A stretch of 64,000 nt of DNA from Natronospirales bacterium (lineage in GTDB: Bacteria > Pseudomonadota > Gammaproteobacteria > Natronospirales > REEB76): NCBI GenBank assembly GCA_021792635.1, contig JAJYUH010000001.1, positions 10,515 to 74,514 on the forward strand. The letters run 5' to 3'. Positions 1 to 10,472 of the stretch are shown piece after piece. The first letter of the stretch is position 1, and every line of letters begins with the position of its first letter. The notes below the pieces were generated by a model that was not told the origin of the DNA, did no database searches, and was given only the letters and a program-made list of their open reading frames with translations. The position numbers and the translations under genes are program-made.

Positions 1-543
1 CGGCACGATGCGTGTCTTACTGCCCTTGCCGGTGATGCGCACGGTGGCATCGTGCAGGTCCACGTCGTGCAGCTCGAGCGAAATCAGTTCCGCAAGCCGC
101 AAGCCGGAGGAGTAGAGCAGTTCCATGATCGCGCGATCGCGCACGGCTGCGGGTGCATCGCCGCGGATTTCCAGCAACTGCGCCATCTGATCGGCATCCA
201 GGGTTACCGGCAAGTGCCGCGGTGCTTTGGGGGCATGCACGCCGTTGGCGGGATTATTGCGCGCCGCACCCTCGCGCAGCAGGTAATTGTAGAAAGTGCG
301 CACGGCGGCGAGCAGGCGTTGCAGGCTGTGCGGTGAAAGTCCCTGGCGGTGACGCGCGCTCACAAAGGCGCGTACATGATGAATGTCTATGGCATTCCAG
401 TCGGCGACATTCTGCTGTTCGCAGTATTGCCGGAAGGTATCGAGATCGTGGCGGTAGCTCGCCGCCGTGAGGGGTGAGAGGCGGCGCTCGTGGGCAAGAT
501 GTCCGATGAAACGGTCAATCCAGTCAGCGAGCGCCGCGGTCAT
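1..543 (-). CDS. xerC: Tyrosine recombinase XerC, N-terminal part (runs off the left edge)
   Basis: My translation from the ATG at 543 gives MTAALADWIDRFIGHLAHERRLSPLTAASYRHDL, and the window edge reads VRITGKGSKTRIVP. It has an ATGA overlap with the DUF484 stop and the classic dapF-DUF484-xerC order. Confidence 0.92.
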   Translation of the reverse strand, partial: MTAALADWIDRFIGHLAHERRLSPLTAASYRHDLDTFRQYCEQQNVADWNAIDIHHVRAFVSARHRQGLSPHSLQRLLAAVRTFYNYLLREGAARNNPANGVHAPKAPRHLPVTLDADQMAQLLEIRGDAPAAVRDRAIMELLYSSGLRLAELISLELHDVDLHDATVRITGKGSKTRIVP

Positions 544-1244
544 CCCGGCAACAGCGGCTGGATGGCCGCCGCCACAAGTTCACCGATGCGCATGAGAAAG
601 GCGGTACCGAGCGTCGGACCGAAACGGTCCGCCTCATGGCTGCCCACGGCGAGGATGCCGAGCCGGCCGTGATCGCCCAGCGGCATCAGCGCGATGGACG
701 CGATGCGCTCCGCCTGTTCGCCGAACAGGAATTCCAGTTGCGGCGCGCGCAACCGGCCCACATAAGGCTTGCCGGCCTTCATGAATTCGCGGAACTGCTC
801 GAAACCCGCATCCTCGCGTTTGATCCAGCGTGCCGGGCCGGCGTCGAGGTTCGCGGACCGGTCAGTGATGAGGAACAGGCTCACCTCATCGGCACCGAAG
901 CGGTTGCGCAGCTCCTCCTGCACCGAATACAGGCGCTCCGCCAGCGCTTGCCCTTCCAGCAGCGCCACGGCAAGGCGGTGAATGCGTTCGATGAGCGCAT
1001 CGTTGGCACGCGCCACCTCGATCATGTCCACCAGCTTGCGCTCCATCTGGCGGTACTGCTGACGCAGCACCTCCACCTGACGCTCGATGAGCGATATTGC
1101 CTGGCCGCTGGGATGCGGCACCTTGAGTTTGGTGAGGATGTCGGTGCGGGCTTCGAAGAAATCAGGATGGGTGATGAGGTAATCCGTGACCGTCCGCTCG
1201 ATATCCGCGGTATCGCGGACGCCGGTTTTGCGCTCAATGCTCAT
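540..1244 (-). CDS. DUF484 (YigA-like) protein
   Basis: YLITHPDFF...VPHP.G.AISLIERQVEVLR signature; lies between dapF and xerC. Confidence 0.9.
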   Translation of the reverse strand: MSIERKTGVRDTADIERTVTDYLITHPDFFEARTDILTKLKVPHPSGQAISLIERQVEVLRQQYRQMERKLVDMIEVARANDALIERIHRLAVALLEGQALAERLYSVQEELRNRFGADEVSLFLITDRSANLDAGPARWIKREDAGFEQFREFMKAGKPYVGRLRAPQLEFLFGEQAERIASIALMPLGDHGRLGILAVGSHEADRFGPTLGTAFLMRIGELVAAAIQPLLPG

Positions 1245-2080
1245 AGGTTGATGGTTCCGTCATACACCCGGTTCGCCGGGCCGCTCATCCACACAGGTTG
1301 CCCCTCGCCCTGCCAGCTTATCATGAGATGGCCGCCGCGCAGGACCACGTCCACCGTCTCATCCAGCCAGCCGGCAAGCCGTCCCCAGGTCACCGCCGCG
1401 CAGGCACCGGTGCCGCAGGCGAGCGTTTCGCCGGTGCCGCGCTCGAATACACGCAGACGCATATGCGTGCGATCCAGCCACTGGGCGAAACCCACGTTGG
1501 TACGTCTGGGGAAACGCGGGTGGCGCTCGATCTTGGGTCCGAGTTCGGCCAGCGGAGCGATATCCACGTCCGGCACATCCAGAATGGCATGGGGGTTACC
1601 CATGGAAACGGCGCCGATCTCGTAATTGCGGCCGTCCACTTCCAACTCATAGGTCAAGGCACGCTCGCGCGCCGTGAAAGGGATACGCGCGGGTTCGAGG
1701 ATGGGTACGCCCATATCCACGCGTACGTTGTCCACATCCTTCACATCCGCGCGCAGCTCGCCGCCCACGGTTTCCAGCGTGAAGGCCGGCCCTTTCACCC
1801 GGCCGTTTTCCACCAGAAAGCGGCTCACGCAACGGGCGCCGTTGCCGCACTGCTCCACTTCGCCGCCGTCGGCATTGTAGATGCGGAAGCGCGCGGCATT
1901 GACCCCGTCTTTGGGCCTGTCAATGACCAGCAGTTGGTCGAAGCCCACACCCACGCGCCGATCGGCCAGTTTTTGGATGAGACCGGCATCCAGCGCCAGC
2001 GGTTGCTCCCTGGCGTCAATCACCATGAAGTCGTTACCGAGGCCCTGCATTTTTGTGAATGCGACTTTCACAGTTCGCAC
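1241..2080 (-). CDS. dapF: Diaminopimelate epimerase
   Basis: FTKMQGLGNDF, EQCGNGARC and ERGTGETLACGTG motifs. Confidence 0.97.
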   Translation of the reverse strand: MRTVKVAFTKMQGLGNDFMVIDAREQPLALDAGLIQKLADRRVGVGFDQLLVIDRPKDGVNAARFRIYNADGGEVEQCGNGARCVSRFLVENGRVKGPAFTLETVGGELRADVKDVDNVRVDMGVPILEPARIPFTARERALTYELEVDGRNYEIGAVSMGNPHAILDVPDVDIAPLAELGPKIERHPRFPRRTNVGFAQWLDRTHMRLRVFERGTGETLACGTGACAAVTWGRLAGWLDETVDVVLRGGHLMISWQGEGQPVWMSGPANRVYDGTINL

Positions 2081-2084
2081 CCTG

Positions 2085-2531
2085 TCAGGGTTGCACGGCC
2101 AGCAGCCGGTTCTTGAGTTCGACGATTTTCACCCAATAGATGATCCACAGTACCAGGGTGGCGATCGAGGCAAGCCACCAGCCCAGTACCGGAACCAGTA
2201 TCAGAACCGCAAGAATGCTCATGGCGATGCCGATGCCCTGACCACAGTCGCCCACATCCTGAATGCCGCGTTCGGTAAATTCGCGTTTCAGCGAGCCGGA
2301 TACGTGGGTGACGATGAAGAAATTCCAGATAAGGCCGAACAACGGGATCAGGTTCAGCCATACCAGCCCGGGTGCAAGCGTGCGGTTTTTTGGCGAAACA
2401 CTTTGCAGGGCGCTCTGCATGCTGATCAGGTAAAAAATCGTGGGGATGAGCCAGAGTGAGAAAATGGTCAGCATTGCATAAGTGAACAGTGCTCCCACCA
2501 TGGCTCCCGCCATCATGTCATGCATGTACAT
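2085..2531 (-). CDS. Hypothetical integral membrane protein
   Basis: 148 aa with about 4 hydrophobic segments and a VWLNLIPLF motif. The start codon is uncertain because there are several Met codons. Confidence 0.7.
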   Translation of the reverse strand: MYMHDMMAGAMVGALFTYAMLTIFSLWLIPTIFYLISMQSALQSVSPKNRTLAPGLVWLNLIPLFGLIWNFFIVTHVSGSLKREFTERGIQDVGDCGQGIGIAMSILAVLILVPVLGWWLASIATLVLWIIYWVKIVELKNRLLAVQP

Positions 2532-2561
2532 GGATACCTCCCCGGCTTGCCGGGCATGTGC

Positions 2562-2993
2562 TCATGTCAATGCCGGTCCTGGTATCAGGCGCCGGTATTC
2601 CTTATAGATGCAGCGGTCCATGACTGCGAAAATCCCCGCCTGGCGGGCGCGATTCGCCGCCGCTTCGTTCACCACCCCTTCCTGCAGCCACAGGGCGGAC
2701 AGTTTGAGCGCGATGCAGTCATCCACAATCGCTTGCACGAATTCCGGTGCACGGAACACATCCACCAGATCCACCGGCCCCGGCAGATGTCTCAGATCCG
2801 GATAGGCTTTTTCGCCCAGTATTTCATCCACTGCCGGTCGCACCGGAATGATCTTGTAGCCGAAGCCTTGCAAGGCTTGCGCCACGCCATGGCTCGGCCG
2901 ATCAGGGTTGGGCGAGAGGCCCACCACCGCGATACGGCGGGTTTTCTCGAGCAGTGCACGAATGGCGCCGGGTGAGGGATTGGCAAAGCTCAT
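2562..2993 (-). CDS. CoA-binding protein (YccU-like)
   Basis: IAVVGLSPNPDRPS, VDLVDVFR and LWLQEGV..MDRC motifs. Confidence 0.92.
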   Translation of the reverse strand: MSFANPSPGAIRALLEKTRRIAVVGLSPNPDRPSHGVAQALQGFGYKIIPVRPAVDEILGEKAYPDLRHLPGPVDLVDVFRAPEFVQAIVDDCIALKLSALWLQEGVVNEAAANRARQAGIFAVMDRCIYKEYRRLIPGPALT

Positions 2994-3148
2994 GTTTTCA
3001 GGCCGTTGGGCTGGTGGCGATCATTATATATATAGACAAGCAGGTTTCCGCGGGCAGCCTGCATGGCCAATTGCACCGTATCGAGCCCTGAGGCGGAGCC
3101 GCATATCGTATATATTGACGGGCCAGCCAATACCGGGCCGTTGCCGCC

Positions 3149-4615
3149 ATGAAATATAAAGACCTGCGCGATTTTCTCTCCCAGCTTGAAGCCCGGGGCG
3201 AGCTGAAACGCATAGGCGTCGCCGTGGACCCACGTCTGGAGATGACTGAGATTTGCGACCGCACCCTCAAGCAGGGCGGACCGGCGCTGCTGTTTGAGAA
3301 CCCCAAAGGCCATGCGATCCCGGTGCTGGGCAACCTGTTCGGCACGCCGCGGCGCGTAGCACTGGGCATGGGCCGGGAATCGGTGGAAGCATTGCGCGAA
3401 GTGGGGCAACTGCTCGCCACGTTGCGGGAGCCGGAGCCGCCGCAAGGCCTGAAGGATGCCTGGGAAAAACTGGGTGTATTCAGGCAGGTGTTCAGGATGC
3501 CGCCGAATAAGGTCGGCACGGCGGCTTGTCAGCAGAACCGTCTTGAAGGCGAAGAGGTGGATTTGAAAAAATTCCCCATCCAGACCTGCTGGCCCGGCGA
3601 TGCGGGGCCGCTCATCACCTGGGGACTCACGGTCACCAGAGGAACACGCAAACCGCGGCAGAATCTCGGCATCTACCGCCAGCAGCTGATCGGCAGGAAC
3701 AAACTCATCATGCGCTGGCTGGCGCACCGCGGCGGTGCCCTGGATTTCAGGGATTGGCAGGAAGCGCATCCCGGTGAACCGTTTCCCGTGGCGGTGGCGC
3801 TGGGTGCCGATCCCGCCACCATCCTGGGCGCGGTCACACCGGTGCCGGATAATCTTTCCGAATATTCCTTCGCGGGATTGCTGCGCGGTGCACGCACCGA
3901 AGTGGTGAAATGCATATCCAATGACCTGATGGTGCCCGCCAGCGCCGAGATCGTGCTGGAAGGCCACATCCTGCCCGGTGAGACGGCAGCGGAAGGTCCG
4001 TTCGGCGACCACACCGGCTATTACAACGAAGTGGAAAGCTTCCCGGTGTTCACCGTCACCCGCATCACCCACCGGGACGATCCGATCTATCACTCCACCT
4101 ACACCGGCCGGCCGCCGGACGAACCCGCGGTGCTGGGCGTGGCGCTCAACGAAGTGTTCGTGCCCATCCTGCAGAAACAGTTTCCGGAGATCACGGATTT
4201 CTACCTGCCGCCGGAGGGCTGCTCCTACCGCATCGCCTGCGTGAGCATGAAGAAACAGTATCCGGGTCACGCCAAGCGCGTGATGTTCGGCATCTGGAGT
4301 TTTCTGCGCCAGTTCATGTACACCAAGTTCATCATCGTCACCGACGACGACGTGAACGTGCGTGACTGGAAGGACGTGATCTGGGCGGTGACCACGCGCA
4401 TGGATGCGGCGCGCGACTGCACCATCGTCGAGAACACGCCCATTGATTATCTGGACTTCGCCTCGCCGGTTTCGGGTCTGGGCTCCAAGATCGGCTTCGA
4501 TGCCACCAATAAATGGCCGGGTGAAACCCGGCGCCAATGGGGCCGGCCCATTGCCATGAGCGATGAGGTGAAGCGGCGCGTGGATGCACTGTGGGGATCA
4601 CTGGGGTTAAGGTAG
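3149..4615 (+). CDS. ubiD: 4-hydroxy-3-polyprenylbenzoate decarboxylase
   Basis: [10 protein letters not shown] start, [11 protein letters not shown] and [14 protein letters not shown] motifs. Ends in TAG. Confidence 0.97.
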   Translation: MKYKDLRDFLSQLEARGELKRIGVAVDPRLEMTEICDRTLKQGGPALLFENPKGHAIPVLGNLFGTPRRVALGMGRESVEALREVGQLLATLREPEPPQGLKDAWEKLGVFRQVFRMPPNKVGTAACQQNRLEGEEVDLKKFPIQTCWPGDAGPLITWGLTVTRGTRKPRQNLGIYRQQLIGRNKLIMRWLAHRGGALDFRDWQEAHPGEPFPVAVALGADPATILGAVTPVPDNLSEYSFAGLLRGARTEVVKCISNDLMVPASAEIVLEGHILPGETAAEGPFGDHTGYYNEVESFPVFTVTRITHRDDPIYHSTYTGRPPDEPAVLGVALNEVFVPILQKQFPEITDFYLPPEGCSYRIACVSMKKQYPGHAKRVMFGIWSFLRQFMYTKFIIVTDDDVNVRDWKDVIWAVTTRMDAARDCTIVENTPIDYLDFASPVSGLGSKIGFDATNKWPGETRRQWGRPIAMSDEVKRRVDALWGSLGLR

Positions 4616-5479
4616 CGCTGCCTGCAACTCCCAACCGAGGAGGCGTGTACCCTCCGGCGCGCGCAACTCGCCGGTGCGCACTCCGTTGAATCCTGTTTCA
4701 CGGAAGAGCGTGGCAAGCGCGGCAAGCCCTTCGCGGCTGAGCGCCGCGCGGCGCATGTCCTCAAGACGCGCCTGGTGTGCACGAATTTCCTCTTCGATCC
4801 GGTCGAGTCCCGTGAGGATATAGTCGAGCGTAAATTTGCGGCGCTGATCCCAGGCCGCCCGTACGCCGCCCAGGATTTCGGAGAACAGAGTCTTGGATCC
4901 GGCACCGGGATGGCAGGCATCCACCGCGTGTGCCGCCGCAAGGTAATCCTCGCGCGCCTTGCGTACTGCGTCTTCAAGCCGCGGATCAAAGGTGTTCGCC
5001 CGCTCGAAAGCGAAGGCCGCACGCATCAGCGCGCGCGCCTTGTCCAGAATCCGCAGTTCCCCGGTCAGGAAGGCGATGTCGGCAAGATTCCGGGCCGCAC
5101 CCGCGACCGGGGTTGCGTCCTCGGCGTGCAGCACGAAACGCAGCCGCGCGCCGTGCCTGGCCACCCGCGCGAGCTCGCGCACGGAGGAGGCCGGATCGGT
5201 GTATTCCAGCGCGTATTGGCCGGTGAGGCCGTCAAAATGCCGATCCCGGAAAGGCAGGGATTCGGCGGATGTGCGGCCGTGAAAGTGGATGTCCGCCAGC
5301 GCCCCGGAGGTGGCATGCACGAAACGCGCGGGGTCAATATCCGCCCGGTCCACGCCGTGAATTTCAAAGCGGCGGCCGGCCTGCGCCGCGATTTCCCGGG
5401 CGATCAGGGGCACGGCGCCGTTGCCGGTGCCGATGTCCAGCAGCCGCGCGCCATCGGGGAACAGCTCAAAAAAAGCCAC
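4607..5479 (-). CDS. Class I SAM-dependent methyltransferase (true 5' end uncertain)
   Basis: LLDIGTGNG motif I, AESLPF and GQYALEY. The frame stays open and protein-like (YWQADRLSAC) upstream of the called GTG. Confidence 0.8.
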   Translation of the reverse strand: MAFFELFPDGARLLDIGTGNGAVPLIAREIAAQAGRRFEIHGVDRADIDPARFVHATSGALADIHFHGRTSAESLPFRDRHFDGLTGQYALEYTDPASSVRELARVARHGARLRFVLHAEDATPVAGAARNLADIAFLTGELRILDKARALMRAAFAFERANTFDPRLEDAVRKAREDYLAAAHAVDACHPGAGSKTLFSEILGGVRAAWDQRRKFTLDYILTGLDRIEEEIRAHQARLEDMRRAALSREGLAALATLFRETGFNGVRTGELRAPEGTRLLGWELQAALP

Positions 5480-5685
5480 CCAGCCGGTGCGGATGACCCG
5501 GGCGTAATTGCCGGTGGCCGCGTCCGTCAGGCAGGCCGACAGCCGGTCCGCCTGCCAATACCGGAGGAGGAAGTCAAAAACCTGTTGTCCGCTGTTGGCG
5601 CCCGGGCGCCGGCGTCTATACTCATGACATGCTTAAAGGGGCTTGAATACCCACCACGGGGAATGATCTGTTTCGAGGAGGCTGC

Positions 5686-6327
5686 ATGCGCACGATCATG
5701 GTGATAAATGCCAAGGGTGGCTGCGGCAAATCCACGCTGGCCACCAACATTGCGGGCTATTTCGCCAGCAACTGGGACGCGGTGGTGAGTCTCGCGGACT
5801 TTGATCCGCAGGGCTCCAGCCTGGACTGGCTCGCGAAGCGGCCGCCCGAGCGCGACAAGATCCACGCTGTGGATGCGCACAATGAGGGTCTGCGGCATCT
5901 GGATCGCAACAGCGATTTCCTCATCGTGGATTCGCCCGCCCGCTCCCATGGTTCCGAGCTCACGCAGATGGTGCGTCATGCCGAGACCGTCGTGGTGCCG
6001 GTGCTGCCGTCGCCCATTGATATCAACGCCGCCGGCAAATTCGTGCAGGAACTGCTGGACGTGGGCAAGGTGGAACGCAAGGAGGTGAAAGTGGCGGTGG
6101 TGGCCAACCGCGTGCGCGAGAACCTGCTGATTTACGCCGAGCTGGAAAAATTCCTCGACACTCTCAAGGTGCCGGTAATCGCACGGCTGCGCGACACCCA
6201 GAACTACATCCGTGCGTATTCACGCGGACTCGGCATCCACGAATTGCCGGAATACCTCTCTTGGCCGGATCAGGAGCAGTGGGAGCCGCTGGTGAAATGG
6301 CTGGAATCGAAACGCAGCCAGCCATGA
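5686..6327 (+). CDS. ParA/MinD-family ATPase (orphan, no ParB nearby)
   Basis: Deviant Walker A KGGCGKST, DFDPQGS, IVDSP and PVLPSPID motifs. Confidence 0.9.
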   Translation: MRTIMVINAKGGCGKSTLATNIAGYFASNWDAVVSLADFDPQGSSLDWLAKRPPERDKIHAVDAHNEGLRHLDRNSDFLIVDSPARSHGSELTQMVRHAETVVVPVLPSPIDINAAGKFVQELLDVGKVERKEVKVAVVANRVRENLLIYAELEKFLDTLKVPVIARLRDTQNYIRAYSRGLGIHELPEYLSWPDQEQWEPLVKWLESKRSQP

Positions 6328-6420
6328 AATCTGCAGCCTTTGGTAGTGCAACGATTCTTGCGCGAGCTGTTTCAGCGGGTATCCGCTCACCGCTTGGGTA
6401 GCAGGCAGTTGCCGCCTGCC

Positions 6421-6921
6421 TCAGGTCTCGTTGTCTTTCGTCACTTGCATTTGTGCGCCGGCAGTCGCGCTGAGGTGGAAATGCCGCGCACAGAAGGCCA
6501 CGATCACACCGAAAATAATCATGGCCGCCAGATTTTCAAGGATTTTCAGGATATGGAAGTGCGGTGAAAACGGCGCCGCGGAGAGCGGCACCACCACGTA
6601 ATTCATGACCAGGAAGATTACGCACCCATAAACCACCCCACCTGCCATCCAGTGCTGCGTAAGCGCGGACAGACGCAGCGCCCCCAAGGCATAGACTGCC
6701 GCGATCACGAGTGACATGGTCCATTGCAGTCCCAATCCCAGCAGTGCGGCAGGCGCGCCGTCATGAAATGATGCTTTCCCCAGCAGCCCGCTGGCGATGG
6801 CGTGCAGGATTATGACGGGGCTGAGCCAGTTGATCAGGGAAGCGGCGCCGATGTCCAGGGTGCCGGCGATGAATCCACCGCAGAAGATGGCGGCAAGAAC
6901 GGCGACGCGCGTATCTTTCAT
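6421..6921 (-). CDS. Hypothetical membrane protein
   Basis: Four hydrophobic helices, GGFIAGTLDI and MNYVVVPLSA; high-GC codon usage. Confidence 0.75.
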   Translation of the reverse strand: MKDTRVAVLAAIFCGGFIAGTLDIGAASLINWLSPVIILHAIASGLLGKASFHDGAPAALLGLGLQWTMSLVIAAVYALGALRLSALTQHWMAGGVVYGCVIFLVMNYVVVPLSAAPFSPHFHILKILENLAAMIIFGVIVAFCARHFHLSATAGAQMQVTKDNET

Positions 6922-7387
6922 GGGCTCACTCCCGGAAATGTGCACGCCACGATTGGGTGTATGCGGTTACAAGTGTAGCCGGAAAGAAATGCCGTACAAG
7001 GCAGGTTTTCTGAAAAATAGTTGATTCATTTGTTATGCTGCGGGCCGGATCCGCGCAGTGACCCCGCGCCGGGATTGTCATGCGGTCCACCACCAGGAAG
7101 AAACAGTATCATTCTTCTGCTCTTGTCTTTGTCGGTGTATTCCTAGGGGAAGGTCCAGACGTTGCACGTGATGATGGACTTGCCGCCGGCGGGACAGTAT
7201 GTCCCATAATCCCGGAACGAGCCGTGATGGAAAGCCGCGCAGATTCGGGGCTGGAATCCGCATGGCAGTCGCCAGGGAGTGAACCGCGGATACTTTGAAA
7301 GAAACAATCGGAACCGAACTCAAACACTTGTGGAAGACAGCACATTGGCGCATATTTTCAGGAACATTGCTTTTCTGGGTACAGGCT

Positions 7388-7780
7388 GTGGACCAATGTA
7401 CGGAAAATAATGGAAAAGATTTGCTCGGTTCCCGCTGGGCATTTTTGCTTTTGTGGGCGGGTCCGTGGGTACTGATCTTCGCAAGCAGCAATACCGGTAA
7501 TCTTATCCACACGGTTGGATGGATCTTCAGCTTCACGGTGATGGGAGGCGCATGCCTGGGTAACGCCCGCCGTTGTGGACGCCGACATTGCTTCTATACC
7601 GGTCCGCTCTATCTTCTGGCCGCACTGGCTTCTCTGCTCTATGGACTGCATATCCTGCCGCTTGGCCGGAATGGCTGGAACTGGATTCTGGGTGTAGCGG
7701 TAGTCGGGAGTCTGTTGGCATGTTGCGGATTGGAGAAATTGTTCGGCAAATACACGACCAGCCGCTCGCCGACGACATAA
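7388..7780 (+). CDS. Small membrane protein with a Cys/His loop (ARRCGRRHC.YTGP)
   Basis: The coding part of ORF 7295-7780 probably starts at GTG 7388. Four TM segments surround CLGNARRCGRRHCFYTGPLY; AT-richer than its flanks. Confidence 0.6.
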   Translation: MDQCTENNGKDLLGSRWAFLLLWAGPWVLIFASSNTGNLIHTVGWIFSFTVMGGACLGNARRCGRRHCFYTGPLYLLAALASLLYGLHILPLGRNGWNWILGVAVVGSLLACCGLEKLFGKYTTSRSPTT

Positions 7781-7818
7781 TCGGGCTTCATCTCAATTGA
7801 GAGACGCCCCGCAACTTG

Positions 7819-8337
7819 TCATGGCAGCTTGTGTTCCGTACCTTTCGCCATCACCGTCCAGCGAACCTTGTCCGTTGAAAATTCCTGCCGGTATTCGATG
7901 CTGTCCGGTTTGCTGAACATATTCACCGTGCGGAAATAAACCGTCTTTCCGTGGTTCGTATATTCGTTGGGATAGGTCCAGCGGTTGCCTTTGATGATCA
8001 GTGTGCCGGCGAAGACCCGGCCGCTTCCGGCGGGAATGGCATAGCTGTGGTAGAGATCGTGTTTCGCGTCGTAAATAAATACGATCAGGGCCCTGGATGC
8101 GCCGTTTACGAATTGATCGCAGGCGTAGAAACCGGCGCTGCGCCAACAGTCGTTGCGCAGCGTCGCGTTTTCCCTGCCTGCTTTGCTGTAGGGAGTGGCA
8201 AAATGCTGCGTCGTGATTTTCCAGGTGCCGGCGTACACCGCAATCTTGTCGAGCCCCGCTGCGACAGGGGCGGCACCGGCCATGGCTATGGCAAGCGCGA
8301 GACAGGCGCATACGGCTATTGCGTAAATCCTGTTCAT
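7819..8337 (-). CDS. Hypothetical exported protein
   Basis: GGAG RBS before MNRIYAIAVCACLALAIAMAGAA (signal peptide-like); beta-rich mature part. Confidence 0.7.
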   Translation of the reverse strand: MNRIYAIAVCACLALAIAMAGAAPVAAGLDKIAVYAGTWKITTQHFATPYSKAGRENATLRNDCWRSAGFYACDQFVNGASRALIVFIYDAKHDLYHSYAIPAGSGRVFAGTLIIKGNRWTYPNEYTNHGKTVYFRTVNMFSKPDSIEYRQEFSTDKVRWTVMAKGTEHKLP

Positions 8338-8533
8338 GGGAATTGCTCCTGGGAAATGTCCGCTAAGGCATGAAACAAGGTTGCTGCAGAGATGTCCTCG
8401 CCCCACAGCCATGTCATGGCGGTCAGCCATTCAGGGAAGGCCATCTTCCGGGGTCTTCTGCGCGCAGGTATTTCAGTCCCGCACGCATATCCTATGATGA
8501 TGCACTTGGATTCCTGAACAATAAATCTCCCCC

Positions 8534-10253
8534 ATGCACTGGCTGCTGCGACTCGACAAGACGGCGCGTCTCGTACTCCTGAGCGTGGTGCTCGGTCTGG
8601 TGGGTGGATTCGGCGCCCAGTTGTTTCTCTGGCTGCTGCATCTGGGCGAGGTACTTAATATACGCCCCGATCACGGGCAGCCACTTTCTTACCGTCAAGG
8701 CGGCGGTGGGCCTGAAACGGATGCCGGCTTTCCACCTGAACTGGTGGATTCCGCTGGCCACCACGAGCGGCGGACTCCTGGCCGGGGTTTTGGTTTATAC
8801 CTTCGCGCCCGAGGCGGAGGGCCACGGTACCGATGCGGTGGTGAAGGCATTCCACCAGACCAAGGGCCTGATCCGGGCGCGGGTTCCGGTGGTAAAGACC
8901 CTGGCCAGCGCCATTACCATCGGTTCGGGCGGTTCCGCCGGCCGGGAAGGGCCGACCGCGCAGATCGCCGCCGGCGCAGGCTCGCTCCTGGGACGTCTGC
9001 TGCGCCTGCCGGAGGACGAACGCCGTTACCTGCTACTCATGGGCATGGTCGCGGGCTTGTCGGCGATTTTCAAAAGCCCGCTCGGTACGGCGATTTTTGC
9101 CGTCGAAATCCTGTATTCTGACATGGCCTTCGAGGGCGCGGCTCTGCTTTACTGCGTCATCGCCGCCGCCGTGGCGTACGCCGTCACCGGCACCATCGAA
9201 GGCTGGTCGCCGCTTTTTATTTTGCCATCGGAGAAATTCGGTTCGCCCGTTGACCTCGTCTGGTACGGCGCATTGGGGATCGTTTCCGGTGTGGTGGCGG
9301 CACTGCTGCCGGCGGTCTTTTACGGCGCGCGTGACGTGTTCCATCGCATGCATATTCCGAACCATTTCAAGCCCGCCATCGGCGGCCTGCTGGTCGGCGG
9401 CATCGGCCTATTCCTGCCCGGGATACTGGGCGGGGGTTATGGCTATATGCAGCTCGCACTGCAGGGTGGAGCCGGCATGGCGCTGTGGTTATTGCTGCTG
9501 CTGGCGCTGTTCAAGATCATAACGCTTTCCCTCACCATCGGTTCCGGTGGGTCGGGCGGCGTGTTTGCTCCGAGCCTGTACATCGGCGCCTTGCTGGGCG
9601 CCGCGCTGGCAGTGCTGCTGCATTTTCTGGGAGCGGGCAGCGTAAGTTCTACCGGCATGGCGGTGGTGGGCATGGCGGCGGTTTTTGCCGGTGCCGCGCG
9701 CGTACCCATTGCCACCCTGGTGATGGTTACCGAAATGACCGGAGGCTACCATCTGATCATGCCGACCATGCTGGCCGTGGCGTTGAGTTATCTGGTGCAG
9801 TTCAGTCTGACCCGGCGTGCAAAATATCCGACGTTGTATGAAGCCCAGGTGGTGGCTCCGACCGACAGCCCGGTACATCGTGAGCTGTATTACAAGGCGG
9901 CCGCCGACTTGCTGCGCCGGCGTGAAGTAAAGCTGGATGAAGATATTCTCGCTTCCCAGCTCGCGGACCAGGCCAGCGCGGAAAGTGGCATTCCGCTTGG
10001 CGGCACGCGGGAACGTCTTTTTCGCACACGCCTTGCAGCCGGTTCCCCGCTTGCCGGTGCGGAAATCCGCAGTCTCGGCATACAGGATTTCCTGATCATC
10101 ACCATTTTGCGCAGTGATCACCAGATTGTACCGGGCGGTGGCACGGTGCTGCAGGTGGGTGACGAGCTGGTGGTTGCGGCCGTGCCGGATGCCATGAGAG
10201 CATTTCGCGGACACGCGTCGCCGCTCGCGGCACCGAAGCCGGCCACTGCCTGA
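8534..10253 (+). pseudogene. ClC chloride channel/H+ antiporter with a C-terminal TrkA-C-like domain, frameshifted near 8660
   Basis: GSAGREGP and GGSGGVFAP ClC motifs. The N-terminus (8534 frame) joins the 8604 frame if one A is removed from GTACTTAATATAC, giving LHLGEVLIYAPITG. Confidence 0.8.
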
Positions 10254-10472
10254 CCGGATGAACTCGCGGCGATTCTCTTCGTTGACTCGCCGTCAACATG
10301 AATAGCGGCACACAGGCCAGGCTCTCGATTCCGGCCTGCCTCCGTATTGGCGGGAATGTGGAGTAATGTTCACCGGCAGCGGAATTTTCCGCGCGCCGGA
10401 TGGTCTTTCATTTGACGCTCCATTAACGTATCGTGCATCCCGTCCGGGTCCGGTACAACAGAAAGATCCGCG

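Noticed and set aside
1-543. XerC as an island integrase
   Set aside because: It sits in the conserved dapF-DUF484-xerC housekeeping operon.
7040-7320. Protein-like minus-strand frame (KYPRFTPWRLPCG...CNVWTFP*EYTDKDK) with an internal TAG
   Set aside because: It has no start or RBS, is bounded by TGA codons and matches no family I know. It is too weak to count as a second amber-interrupted gene.
10254-10472. Possible riboswitch upstream of the TonB receptor
   Set aside because: I found no cobalamin or TPP consensus elements.
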